DNA of 63,634 nt, counting the filler, from Octopus bimaculoides (lineage: Eukaryota): the NCBI RefSeq assembly GCF_001194135.2. It is 4 parts of 4 records of this genome, joined end to end, with 100 filler letters (N's around TTAATTAATTAA, not from the genome) between each part and the next. Parts side by side here need not be neighbours in the genome. Positions count along the whole stretch, not along the records: positions 37,560 to 61,363 come from NC_068995.1; positions 61,464 to 63,634 come from NW_026406620.1; 2 more parts are not named here. One strand, written 5' to 3'. The notes under the pieces were generated by a model that searched no databases, was not told the DNA's origin, and saw nothing but the letters and a program-made list of their open reading frames with translations. This document shows, piece by piece, positions 52,224 through 63,634 of the stretch. The position numbers and the translations under genes are program-made. Within the stretch, counting starts at the first letter, position 1; every line of letters starts with the position of its first letter.

Positions 52224-52351
52224 AGTTGTATTTCTTTCGCTATTTATTTACATATATACATATATATATGTGTGTGTTTGTGTGTGTGTGTATATATATA
52301 TTCAATTCAACCGTGTGGTGTGCATAAATAAATAGCGAAAGAAATACAACT
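52224..52351. repeat. 27-bp perfect inverted repeat starting at a contig edge
   Basis: 52224-52250 is the reverse complement of 52325-52351, separated by a microsatellite-rich spacer. Confidence 0.85.
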
Positions 52352-52865
52352 TATTGCTGAAAAATATAAATACCCGTTTTAGACTGCAACAAGTAAAATT
52401 TCTGATGACATTTACGTCTCTCGTTATATTTTCATTGTTAAAAATTAACCATCTGTTGATTGTTTTCTGGCTAAAGTTTTCGTCAAGCTAAAAACAAAAA
52501 AATAATCGTTGCATTTGAATAAAATAACAAAATATAAGGAAAAGACAAATTTGTCTACCCCTCCTCCCCCTCCGTTTCTTGAGGAACCTGATCTGTGTTC
52601 GCTTGTTTTGATTTGCCAGTTTCGCTGCTGCCCCACTTTCTCTTGGAGAAACTATTCAGACCAAACTGAAAATGTGATTGGCAGATAGTTTCTTCAAATA
52701 GGAATCTTGCTTTTTTTGGTTTTAGCTGCTTGTCAAAAGTTACCCCTATTAACCACGGGTCAGACGGCACGTGCGCTCTCAAATACGAAGGGCGATTCTA
52801 ATGTGGGTTTATGAGTGTGTATGTAACTATATATGCATACACATACGCACACACACACACACACG

Positions 52866-52910
<45 letters not shown>

Positions 52911-52914
52911 ACAT

Positions 52915-53070
52915 TTTATTCTTTTATTTGTTTCAGTCATTTGACTGCGGCCATGCTGGAGCACCGCCTTTAGTCGAACAAATCTGACCCCAGGACTTAT
53001 TATTTGTAAGCCTGGTACTTATTCTATTGGTCTCTTTTGCTGAACCGCTAAGTTACGGGGACGTAAACAC
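52915..53070 (-). mobile_element. SINE family A, 3' half (runs into gap)
   Basis: TTTCAGTCATTTGACTGCGGCCATGCTGGAGCACCGCC...CCGCTAAGTTACGGGGACGTAAACAC. Confidence 0.9.
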
Positions 53071-53195
53071 NNNNNNNNNNNNNNNNNNNNNNNNNNNNNN
53101 NNNNNNNNNNNNNNNNNNNNNNNNNNNNNNNNNNNNNNNNNNNNNNNNNNNNNNNNNNNNNNNNNNNNNNNNNNNNNNNNNNNNNNNNNNNNNNN

Positions 53196-53227
<32 letters not shown>

Positions 53228-53231
<4 letters not shown>

Positions 53232-53510
53232 GCGTGGCTGTATAGGCACAGGAGTGGCTCTGTGGTAAGTAGCATGCTTCCCAGCCACATGGTTCCAAGT
53301 TCAGTTCCACTGCGTGACACCTTGGGCAAGTGTCTTCTACTATAGCCTACGGCTGACCAAAGCCCTGTGATTTGATAGACGGATTTGGTGTGTGTGTATA
53401 TGTGTGTGTCTGTCTGTATTTGTCCCCCTCCATCCTCGCTTGACAATCGATGCTGGTGGCTTTATGCCCTCCCCCCGTAACTTAGCGGTTCGGCAAAATA
53501 GCCCGATACA
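53228..53510 (+). mobile_element. SINE family A, 3'-truncated
   Basis: GGAGTGGCTCTGTGGTAAGTAGCATGC...CCTTGGGCAAGTGTCTTCTACTATAGCC...CCCCGTAACTTAGCGGTTCGGCAAAA. Confidence 0.85.
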
Positions 53511-53978
53511 TCTTCTTTCTGCAAGATGTAAAACGTGCAGAATTTAGAATCTGAGTTGTAACTCTTTGCCCTATTTAATATGTCAATATATGTCCTAGAT
53601 GATGGATAATTGTGTTTTAGTCATTTAAGTCCCAAATGTAGTTAACTGGTCTTGTTTGACCATTTTTATCGGGGTTTCTAAACGTGGGTAATTGTTGAAC
53701 ACAGTGAAGTTTAAATTCATCTGTAATGAAACATGTGTAATGGGTATATGAGAAACGAGCGGTATCTAGTACTGATGAGAGCATAAAGACCTCGAAATGT
53801 GTATGTTGTTCAATAGCAGGCGCTACGACACTACCTTGGTGTTTTACACGTTTTGCCTAAAATGAGAATTATTTATCCATGGCAACCACAGTGAAAATGA
53901 TCGTTTACAGGTCAAATATATTCCAAACTTACTGATCGAAAGATTTGTTTCCCAACAGTGCTTCGCGCACCAACCGTG

Positions 53979-54073
<95 letters not shown>

Positions 54074-54214
54074 GTCTATTCAAATATATGTACACATATA
54101 TAATATGCATGTAATATATATATAATATATAACAGATATATAACATATAACATATAATATATAACATATGATATATAATAGATATATATGTAATAGATAT
54201 ATAATATATTTTAT

Positions 54215-54544
54215 TTTATTCTTTTATTTGTTTCAGTCATTTGACTGTGGCCATGCTGGAGCACCGTCATTAGTTGAGCAAATCGATCCCAGGGTTTATT
54301 TTTTGTAAGCCTAGTACTTATTCCATTGGCCTCTTTTGCCGAACCGCTAAGTTACGGGGGACATAAACACACCAGCATCGGTTGTCAAGCGATGTTAGCG
54401 GGACAAACACAGACGCACAAACATATGCGCGCGCACACACACACACACACACACATAGATACATATACATATACGACGGGCTTCTTTCAGTTTTCGTCTA
54501 CCAAATCCACTCACAGGGCTTTGGTTGCCCCGAGACTATAGTAG
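54215..54544 (-). mobile_element. SINE family A (runs into gap)
   Basis: TTTCAGTCATTTGACTGTGGCCATGCTGGAGCACC...ACGACGGGCTTCTTTCAGTTT...CCAAATCCACTCACAGGGCTTTGG. Confidence 0.9.
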
Positions 54545-54769
54545 NNNNNNNNNNNNNNNNNNNNNNNNNNNNNNNNNNNNNNNNNNNNNNNNNNNNNNNN
54601 NNNNNNNNNNNNNNNNNNNNNNNNNNNNNNNNNNNNNNNNNNNNNNNNNNNNNNNNNNNNNNNNNNNNNNNNNNNNNNNNNNNNNNNNNNNNNNNNNNNN
54701 NNNNNNNNNNNNNNNNNNNNNNNNNNNNNNNNNNNNNNNNNNNNNNNNNNNNNNNNNNNNNNNNNNNNN

Positions 54770-54810
<41 letters not shown>

Positions 54811-56349
54811 TTATATATATATATATAATATATATATAATATATATATACTTATATATATAATGTATATATAATATATATGTATATATATATATATATCT
54901 ATATGTACATACATATATACATTTATGTGTGTGTATGTATATATATGTATGTATATGTATATATACATACATACACATACACACACATACACACACATAA
55001 GAGAAAGAGAGAAAGAAACAAATGAAAAGATCTGATGCGGAGTGAATGTGGAGATGTATGTAAAGGGTAATAATTAAACAAACATACAAAAGACATTTCT
55101 GTATTATTTGAAAGTTTGGTGAAATGGGCGGAGCTTCTCCAAGAAAGTGGGCGTGTCAAAGAACCATTCTTTGATATGAAGACATTGTTTAGTGGATATT
55201 TAAGCGAAATTACGAAACCTATGTGAATTCTTTAGGGATTTCATATCCTTACTCCAACACTACACAAAAGTTTCGGTCACTCCTTAAGGAATCGCAGAAC
55301 ATTAATGAACTTTGAGGTTCTTGTTAAATTTCTTCAAACCACGTGATTTTTTTCAAATATTCAACAGATTATTTTGAAAAAAAAAAAAACGTGGTTTTGA
55401 TCTTGTTTGGCTGATGACGCAACTTGCAATCATTTTGCTTAAAAATTAATAATAAATGTTAGAAATATTTAAAATTATACAATTTTAACCAACAGGAAGC
55501 CTCGATTGCTTGATATGTCGGAAGTCGTGACTGGTTGACCCTATGGGAATAGCGCACAAGTTACCTTTATGTGGTCTCGGCCAGCTAGAAATAACAGACA
55601 AATCTTCTTTAAACTACGCCATAAGGTCTAAATTGGGAACGGTACCTTGTTTCGCTTATCGATCTCACAACCCGTAATACACTTACTGGACCTCGCAGAT
55701 CGATGTCAAATGTATTTTCTCTTTTCTTATAAGAAAATTATTTTACAAGGTTTGTTGGTGGAGAAAAAATATCATCAATGCCATAATCATCATCAGCATC
55801 GTCATCAACAACACTGCACTTCATACAATAACAGCATTGGTAAGTAACTCTTTCTCCAAAACCACCACCACCACCACCTGAAACATTTACCTGATGTCTG
55901 TATGTATGTGTTCGCGTCTGGTGATCTTTTTTTCCGCCATAAATCCCGTTCTCTACATCAATTTGAAAGGTATTTGTAGGAAATTCCACTTGGAAAATCC
56001 ATTTTGCTGAACTTTAGGGAGAGATGCTGCTTTTAATAGTGTACGGCAATCGTCAGGGTTTAAGTTTCAACTCTTAAAGAAAAATAATGCAAATAATGTA
56101 AACGGTTGAGGTAACCTCTCAAAATAAGCTTTTTCGCTTTTGAATTTTCAAGATAAACTTGTTATTTTTAAATAAATGTTAAACGACCCTTCCTGCTTTT
56201 AAATTCTCATTTCAGCAATTAACGATGCAGTTTCAAATTTAAACGACCTTTCTGAATTTTCATTTCAGCAATTACCGAAAAGGACTTCTGTACATACTGT
56301 TCCTTCATCTACCATATTTAATTAATGACGCAATTTCAAGTTTCTAAGT

Positions 56350-56465
56350 TTTACGGCAAAAGGCTCTTGCAGAGAAATATCTGTACAGCGAATCGTCTTA
56401 CGGCGAATAACCCTACGGCCAATTGCCCTACGGTTAATTTGTTTACAGCAAATTGTCCGGTCACC
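56350..56465. repeat. Degenerate ~15-bp tandem repeat (TACGGCNAA core), likely a transposon subterminal array
   Basis: TTTACGGCAAAAGG, CTGTACAGCGAATCG, CTTACGGCGAATAAC, CCTACGGCCAATTGC, CCTACGGTTAATTTG, TTTACAGCAAATTGT. Confidence 0.7.
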
Positions 56466-57949
56466 AATGGATAAGTCTTTGGCGTTTTGAGCCTATGCTC
56501 TTCGATAGAAAAGGATGAGAGGAAAAAAATGGAGAGAGAAAAATATGTGTAGGGATTAACGGTTTAACGTGATGAAATATGATGATAAAATAAATACCAG
56601 TTGATCACCAGGGGTCGATGTAATCGATTTTAGCCACTCGCCCGAAATTGTTGGCATTGTGTCAAAACTGTGAAACCCGTATTTAATATCTGTTCCATTC
56701 GGATTATCTTTTGTTGTTTCTTGCAGTGGAAGGCTTTGGTCGCCGACTGCAAGAATGAAACCGTTTAAGTTCTGAGTTCAAATCTTGATGGAATCCATGT
56801 TTCTCTTTTAAAACAGTGGATTGGCAAAAACGTTAGTGCGTCGGACTAAATTCCAATTTTGCTGAGGTCAACTTTACCTTTTATTCTTCTGGGGTCGATA
56901 AAATAAAGTTCCAGTGAAGTACTGGGATCGAATGCTATAATGAATACTTCCTCGATTTGAGAAAAAGATTGAACAAACTTATAATAAAGGACGTTCCAGC
57001 TGTAACTATTCCCTTGTTTTCCAATATATAGGACTCTATTTCCGAATATATATCTCCTCCATTTTCAAGACAGTAAAATGTGAGAGTTTTAGAGAGATTT
57101 GGCTGTTATTTCCTGCAAGTCTAAAGTTCATATAGGGGATCATTTGTTCAACTCGTCCACCCTGCAATAATTGATGGTGGTGGTGACGGCAGCAGCAGGG
57201 GTACATAAAGGCCAAGACTCCTCCTCCTCCTCTCCCTTTCCTATCTCCTTACCTCTCCCTTCTCCCCTCTCCTTTTCTGACACTAACACAACAATAATTC
57301 TGCCTGGGTGATTACTATATTCTATTAAGGATTAATCTCTAACTGTAATTATTTTAATTTTCAGGCTTTAAATTAATATTAATTAACCCTGTTATATAAT
57401 TCATTAGCTGGATCATTTACATAAACATTCTAACACAGCCTCTCTTGCCCACCCCCACTACCACTCCAACAGATGTAGCTGCTTCCATTTCAAAGTCAAA
57501 CGTCATAAGTTAAGGTTAATTAATTCATTGGTTCTTTCTCAAAATCTTATTTTCGATATTTAATCGAAAATAATTGGTTTCCTGATTTGTCTAAAGAAAC
57601 GTTCGCCCATTTTCTTCCCTCGTTTTTTCTTTTACTCAACTCAATTCTTCCAGGCTTGCCTGATTTCTTTATTATATTCTACATGTGAAATATATCCCAT
57701 ATGGCTGCTTACAGGTTTCCAAAAACCTTACAAGAGTGAAAAAATGGAGTGTTTGTAAATCGGGGCAGAACAAAATATTACAAGGGAATTCGTTTGAACA
57801 TTATCGATTCTCTCGCTGATATTTACACACATACATTCATAAGCGTACACGCACGCTCGTGCACGCTCGCACTCACATAACCACACAACACACACACATT
57901 CAGTGAGGTGGTGATCTTTATTTGGTAGATTAGTCCTGTCGAAGTATAT

Positions 57950-58610
57950 TCTTATAGTTAAACAGTTTAAATTTTTTCTTGTGATGACATTTGGACATAA
58001 ACTCGGAATTCCTATTTAGAATGTATGTTATTTTATTTCTCATTCGGAGTTTTTTCTTAAAACAGGTATTACAGGCAAAAATATACCACAATATTTTGAA
58101 TTTAATGTTTCCATTTCATATACCGAACATTGCTCGATAGTACTGATATGTTGTTCTTGTTTGGATTTGTAGTTCTCATAACGGTTCTTAAAAGGTCTCT
58201 CACTCATTCTTCTGTATGACTTATCTTTTCTAAGCCTTGATCAATAGACATCACATCTGATTGTTATAACGGTCTCTTCAGGAATGCATTTGCGGAGATC
58301 GAAACATAATTCGGCGATTTAACAGTAACGTATTTGGGTGTCTCGGAGATTAACTTCTCTATTGCTAATGGAGGATTGTTGATTACAGTACAGTTGTTGT
58401 GAGGCAAGATGTCTGCTGGATTCATGATTAGTAACTAGAGGATACGATAGTATCACCAACTTTAGAAAAACAATTGTCGCTCACCTTAAAGATTTTAATG
58501 GCTTAAAAGTTTGTGGAGATTGTTATATTCGGGGAAATGCTTTGAAATTAAATTCGAAAAGTTTTAGCTATAATGGAATTCATACTCAGGCAAGTAGGAG
58601 CGTTAACCCT
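57950..58610 (-). mobile_element. Penelope-like element remnant (linker and GIY-YIG endonuclease region)
   Basis: Reverse-strand peptides NLISKHFPEYNNLHKLL (about 58555-58505), ERPFKNRYENYKS (about 58200-58165), and ILNRNSEL / SKCHHKKKFKL (about 58020-57965) match PLE motifs LI.KHFP...LHK, FK.RY.NH and LN.R.E..SKC.H..K..L. Confidence 0.8.
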
Positions 58611-59802
58611 GGTCATATTTTAGGTGTTTAATTGTATTAAGTTTTTATGAATTTTTAAAATTTTATAATTTTTTAATTTTTAAAATCTTTTAAATTTTGT
58701 AAAAATATATTAGGAAGTTATATATATATATATATATATTTTATAGTTTCAGCTTAGAGCTGCGGCCATGCTGATGCACCGCCGTGCAGGATCCGTTAGT
58801 AATAATAATAAAAAGAAAAATAGCCTGAGGATGCAGTGGCGGATTTTTGTATTAGGTATANNNNNNNNNNNNNNNNNNNNNNNNNNNNNNNNNNNNNNNN
58901 NNNNNNNNNNNNNNNNNNNNNNNNNNNNNNNNNNNNNNNNNNNNNNNNNNNNNNNNNNNNNNNNNNNNNNNNNNNNNNNNNNNNNNNNNNNNNNNNNNNN
59001 NNNNNNNNNNNNNNNNNNNNNNNNNNNNNNNNNNNNNNNNNNNNNNNNNNNNNNNNNNNNNNNNNNNNNNNNNNNNNNNNNNNNNNNNNNNNNNNNNNNN
59101 NNNNNNNNNNNNNNNNNNNNNNNNNNNNNNNNNNNNNNNNNNNNNNNNNNNNNNNNNNNNNNNNNNNNNNNNNNNNNNNNNNNNNNNNNNNNNNNNNNNN
59201 TATATATATATATACATGCATATACACAGCCACCCCTTCGCTAATATGTGTGTTTTTCTCTATGTGTGTATTTGTTTTGTATTGTGCTTGTCCCACCACC
59301 ATCACCGCTTGACCTCTGGTGTTGGTTTGTTTATGTCACTCTGAGTAATCGGTTCGGCAAAAAAATACAGCCCAATGACTGTAACAAGGGGAAAAAAAAA
59401 CAATATGAAAAATAAATGATGCCATCACGCACGTCAAACCAATCCAAACCACCACTCTTTCAATCCTAACCGATTGAATTAATTAACGAAGCAATTATCT
59501 AATCGGTTAATATAGATTTAATGCAATAATTTAATGTTAATCTAATAATTTTAATAGTAATGACGTAATCTTAGCTGGAGCAACATCAAACATTCCGCTT
59601 ATTTGAGCGTTCATCAGGGATTTAAATTAACCTAGTACTTAATGAGGTTAATATTTTACCGACCCCCAGATATAAACGAAGGCAAAAATCTACCACAGCG
59701 CGATTTGAACTTTGCTCAGATCGTTACCAAAATATCTCCAAAATGTCTTTTGTCCGACACTTTGGTACTTGACAAGATTAATATTTTATCGACCTGCTCT
59801 GA

Positions 59803-60125
59803 AACGGCGAGCTGGCAGAATGGTTAACACGCCGGGCGAAATGCCGCTGAGCATTTCGCCCGTCTTTACGTTCCGAGTTCAAATTCCGTGGAGGTTGATT
59901 TTGCCTTTCTTCCTTTTAGGAAGTACCAGTTGAGTACTGGGGTCAATATAATCGACTTATCCCCATTTATTCATCCTCCTTAGGCGGTGAGCTGGCAGAA
60001 TCCTTAACACGCCGGGCAAAATGCTAAGCGGCGTTTCGTCCGTCTTTACGTTCTGAGTTCACATTCCGCCAAGATCAATTTTATCTTTCCTTCTTTCAGG
60101 GGTCGATAAAATAAGTACCAATGAG
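59803..60125 (+). mobile_element. Two tandem SINE family C copies
   Basis: GGCGAGCTGGCAGAATGGTTAACACGCCGGGCGAAATGC...GTTCCGAGTTCAAATTCC at 59805, and GGCGGTGAGCTGGCAGAATCC... at 59983. Confidence 0.85.
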
Positions 60126-60439
60126 TCACTCCATTCAACAGCTTTCTCTCTTGGTTCTTCGTTCCAGGTGTTCGGATCAGGCNNNNNNNNNNACTGGGGT
60201 CAATATAATCGACTTATCCCCATTTATTCATCCTCCTTAGGCGGTGAGCTGGCAGAATCCTTAACACGCCGGGCAAAATGCTAAGCGGCGTTTCGTCCGT
60301 CTTTACGTTCTGAGTTCACATTCCGCCAAGATCAATTTTATCTTTCCTTCTTTCAGGGGTCGATAAAATAAGTACCAATGAGTCACTCCATTCAACAGCT
60401 TTCTCTCTTGGTTCTTCGTTCCAGGTGTTCGGATCAGGC
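59936..60439. other. Assembly duplication: 247 bp repeated across a 10-N gap
   Basis: 59936-60182 appears identical to 60193-60439, with N at 60183-60192; the same pattern (35 bp) occurs across 8397-8406. Confidence 0.85.
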
Positions 60440-60874
60440 CTTTAGCCGGAGAACAACTTCTTTCCTCTCTGCACCACCCACCCGTGCTGGAGGTCCTGAA
60501 AAAGATCATAGATTTGTGACCCTCACGTTACTAAACAATGGAACAATAACATTCTCGTTGCTCGTCAAATACTTCCACTCAGCCCCAATCTTTGAAATAT
60601 CATTCATCAACTGACTCCACCCCCAGTAACCTCGCAGATCATTTATGTTGAAACAACTGAGATTTTTAATTTTATTTTCTATAATTAACAAGTTCAAAGG
60701 AAAGCTAAATGTGGGGGGTAATAATGCATTTACGAAAATGTAGTTAATATATAATTAAAAAGGGAATTAATACAATCAAAGACTGTTTATGTATGCAATT
60801 ATATTTATAATCTATCAGAAAATCAGCGGGGGAATTTATTGGCGAAAAGAAACGCAGATGTGGATGGTATTTCA

Positions 60875-60985
60875 AACTTGTGTCTCCATCTAACTTTAGT
60901 CTTCTGTTTACATCTATCTTCAGTCTTCTCTCTGCATCAAACTTTAGTCGTGTATCTTCATCTAACTCTAGTCTTGTGTTTACAT
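60875..60985 (-). repeat. Degenerate 24-bp tandem repeat (about 4.5 units) with an open minus-strand frame
   Basis: Translates as VNTRLELD-EDTRLKFD-AERRLKID-VNRRLKLD-GDTSLK within ORF 60744..61019(-). Confidence 0.7.
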
Positions 60986-61307
60986 ATAGCTTTACTAGAT
61001 TATAATAGAAAATAAACAACTTACGCTAAGTGCCGCCAGGTGAGACCGAACCCAGTTACGTACCAAGTGGAGAACCTCTACTCACCTAGTCATTAAACTT
61101 GCTAGAAATAGCAATCAAATTTCCTTTCCTCAGTAAGAGTTATTGTGTGTCCTTTTCCCCGTCTGACTAACGCCTTCGCTCGGTTGTCCTGCTCTCCCTG
61201 GGGTTAGGTTAACCTATTGCGATTTCAGGCACAGCAATAGACTGGACTGAAACAGTCTGTTACCATGACAATGTCACAGTACTGCTCTTAATTAAACACC
61301 TGCTTTA

Positions 61308-61363
<56 letters not shown>

Positions 61364-61463
61364 NNNNNNNNNNNNNNNNNNNNNNNNNNNNNNNNNNNNN
61401 NNNNNNNTTAATTAATTAANNNNNNNNNNNNNNNNNNNNNNNNNNNNNNNNNNNNNNNNNNNN
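61364..61463. other. Artificial scaffold spacer N44-TTAATTAATTAA-N44
   Basis: Same layout as 13453-13552. Confidence 0.9.
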
Positions 61464-61904
61464 CATACATACATACGTAAAACACACATAATTACATCGT
61501 GTTTTAGGTCTACACGATATGAATACGTGTGTATGGATGTATACATTATATCTACCAGTAAGTCTACACATTTGCGTATAATCCTTCCCACACGTGTTTC
61601 TTACATCTAATTAGTAATGTCTCAAACACGGCATTCATTTCGCTAATAAATCGTTCTCTTTAAATCTTCGTTCATTGATTATTTTCGATAATGAAGAGAA
61701 GATTGATCCTTGGAATAACCAAGAACAGAAGAACAAAAAAATTACAAATATTTTCTGCTGCAATTAATTGACACTCAACAAAAATCACTACATATACGAC
61801 AGATTGATATTAATTGGTTGAATTCATAAATAAATTATAAATACGCAGAGGAATGTAACTTAGTGATGTTGATGTTGGGGCGGGGGAGTTCACAAAATAT
61901 ATAT

Positions 61905-61955
<51 letters not shown>

Positions 61956-62873
61956 NNNNNNNNNNNNNNNNNNNNNNNNNNNNNNNNNNNNNNNNNNNNN
62001 NNNNNNNNNNNNNNNNNNNNNNNNNNNNNNNNNNNNNNNNNNNNNNNNNNNNNNNNNNNNNNNNNNNNNNNNNNNNNNNNNNNNNNNNNNNNNNNNNNNN
62101 NNNNNNNNNNNNNNNNNNNNNNNNNNNNNNNNNNNNNNNNNNNNNNNNNNNNNNNNNNNNNNNNNNNNNNNNNNNNNNNNNNNNNNNNNNNNNNNNNNNN
62201 NNNNNNNNNNNNNNNNNNNNNNNNNNNNNNNNNNNNNNNNNNNNNNNNNNNNNNNNNNNNNNNNNNNNNNNNNNNNNNNNNNNNNNNNNNNNNNNNNNNN
62301 NNNNNNNNNNNNNNNNNNNNNNNNNNNNNNNNNNNNNNNNNNNNNNNNNNNNNNNNNNNNNNNNNNNNNNNNNNNNNNNNNNNNNNNNNNNNNNNNNNNN
62401 NNNNNNNNNNNNNNNNNNNNNNNNNNNNNNNNNNNNNNNNNNNNNNNNNNNNNNNNNNNNNNNNNNNNNNNNNNNNNNNNNNNNNNNNNNNNNNNNNNNN
62501 NNNNNNNNNNNNNNNNNNNNNNNNNNNNNNNNNNNNNNNNNNNNNNNNNNNNNNNNNNNNNNNNNNNNNNNNNNNNNNNNNNNNNNNNNNNNNNNNNNNN
62601 NNNNNNNNNNNNNNNNNNNNNNNNNNNNNNNNNNNNNNNNNNNNNNNNNNNNNNNNNNNNNNNNNNNNNNNNNNNNNNNNNNNNNNNNNNNNNNNNNNNN
62701 NNNNNNNNNNNNNNNNNNNNNNNNNNNNNNNNNNNNNNNNNNNNNNNNNNNNNNNNNNNNNNNNNNNNNNNNNNNNNNNNNNNNNNNNNNNNNNNNNNNN
62801 NNNNNNNNNNNNNNNNNNNNNCATATACACGCATACACATGCATACATTATTCATACAAATATATGCATTTAT

Positions 62874-62918
<45 letters not shown>

Positions 62919-62961
62919 CGGACAGACAGATAGATAGGGAGAGAGAGAGAGGTACACACAG

Positions 62962-63004
<43 letters not shown>

Positions 63005-63289
63005 CACATATATATATATACATACACTTGTGTCTATAAATACGTATATATATATGTAAATACATACATACATACATATATACACACACATACGTACATG
63101 CACACCTGTGTGTGTGTGTGCGTGCGTGTGTAAACACACGTATGTTGTGCACTCTCCTGTCATAGTGGATGATAGATGAGCGTTGGGTAGAGTCTTGTTG
63201 GACAACCTGCACAAATAGTTTGTTTGTAGATGGAGCAAATGTTTGTGTTGCCCATCCACTCACTCCCACCTACCGAATGGACGTTGCCC

Positions 63290-63430
63290 GAACAGGTGCA
63301 CCATGTGCCGCACGTCAGGTGTCGAAGTGGATCGCAGAGCAACGTGAAATGAAGTGCTTTGCTCAAGAACACTACACAACGCCCAACCCAAAATTTGAAA
63401 CCACGATCGCAAGATCGTGACTGTAACACC
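63290..63430 (-). mobile_element. SINE family B-related head and core
   Basis: GAGCAACGTGAAATGAAGTGCTTTGCTCAAGAACAC...TTTGAAACCACGATC is the reverse complement of the core at 18545-18590. Confidence 0.65.
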
Positions 63431-63634
63431 CTAATCATTTTTTAAATAGAACTTTTCCTTTTTTTCAGTCATTACACTGCGGCCATGCTGCAGCACAAAT
63501 CTGAAGTTTTTTTTTTTGTTCTAATGGATTTCCTGGCTAGACAGCGTTTTGTGCGTGTTGGGTGGCAAGATTTGAAATTTAGGAACTGGTGTGTGTCTGA
63601 GCTTTTCTAATTAATATCAGTTGTGATTATGGTG

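Noticed and set aside
59936-60439. Apparent 247-bp recent tandem duplication
   Set aside because: Identical copies flank a 10-N gap; assembly overlap artefact.

Overview
AT-rich, microsatellite-dense, gap-rich animal genomic DNA. The repeat families and simple-repeat density suggest an octopus or other coleoid cephalopod (inference, no database search). The only clearly recognisable host coding sequence is a paired-class homeobox exon of the Alx (Cart1/Alx4-like) family at 41816-42150 (+). It ends at the canonical PRD-class intron after homeodomain Gln46. A second, clean first-coding exon carrying an eh1/octapeptide (HSIDEILG) lies 8 kb away on the opposite strand (50259-49935). Its phase-1 donor fits the phase-1 acceptor of the homeobox exon exactly, suggesting either one gene split by a mis-oriented or inverted block, or two antiparallel PRD-class genes. 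The exon with WFQNRR and the OAR tail were not found in called sequence. The rest is transposon debris: RTE, R4/Dong, CR1-like and I/Jockey-like LINEs, a Penelope GIY-YIG remnant, a mariner transposase and MITEs, and at least four tRNA-derived SINE families, one carrying a Penelope-type minimal hammerhead ribozyme fold. There are also microsatellites and assembly artefacts (three N44-TTAATTAATTAA-N44 spacers, and duplications across 10-N gaps). By eye, bases 1-13452 are strongly CpG-depleted while the sequence after the first spacer is not. Repeat boundaries are approximate and all family calls are from motif recognition only.
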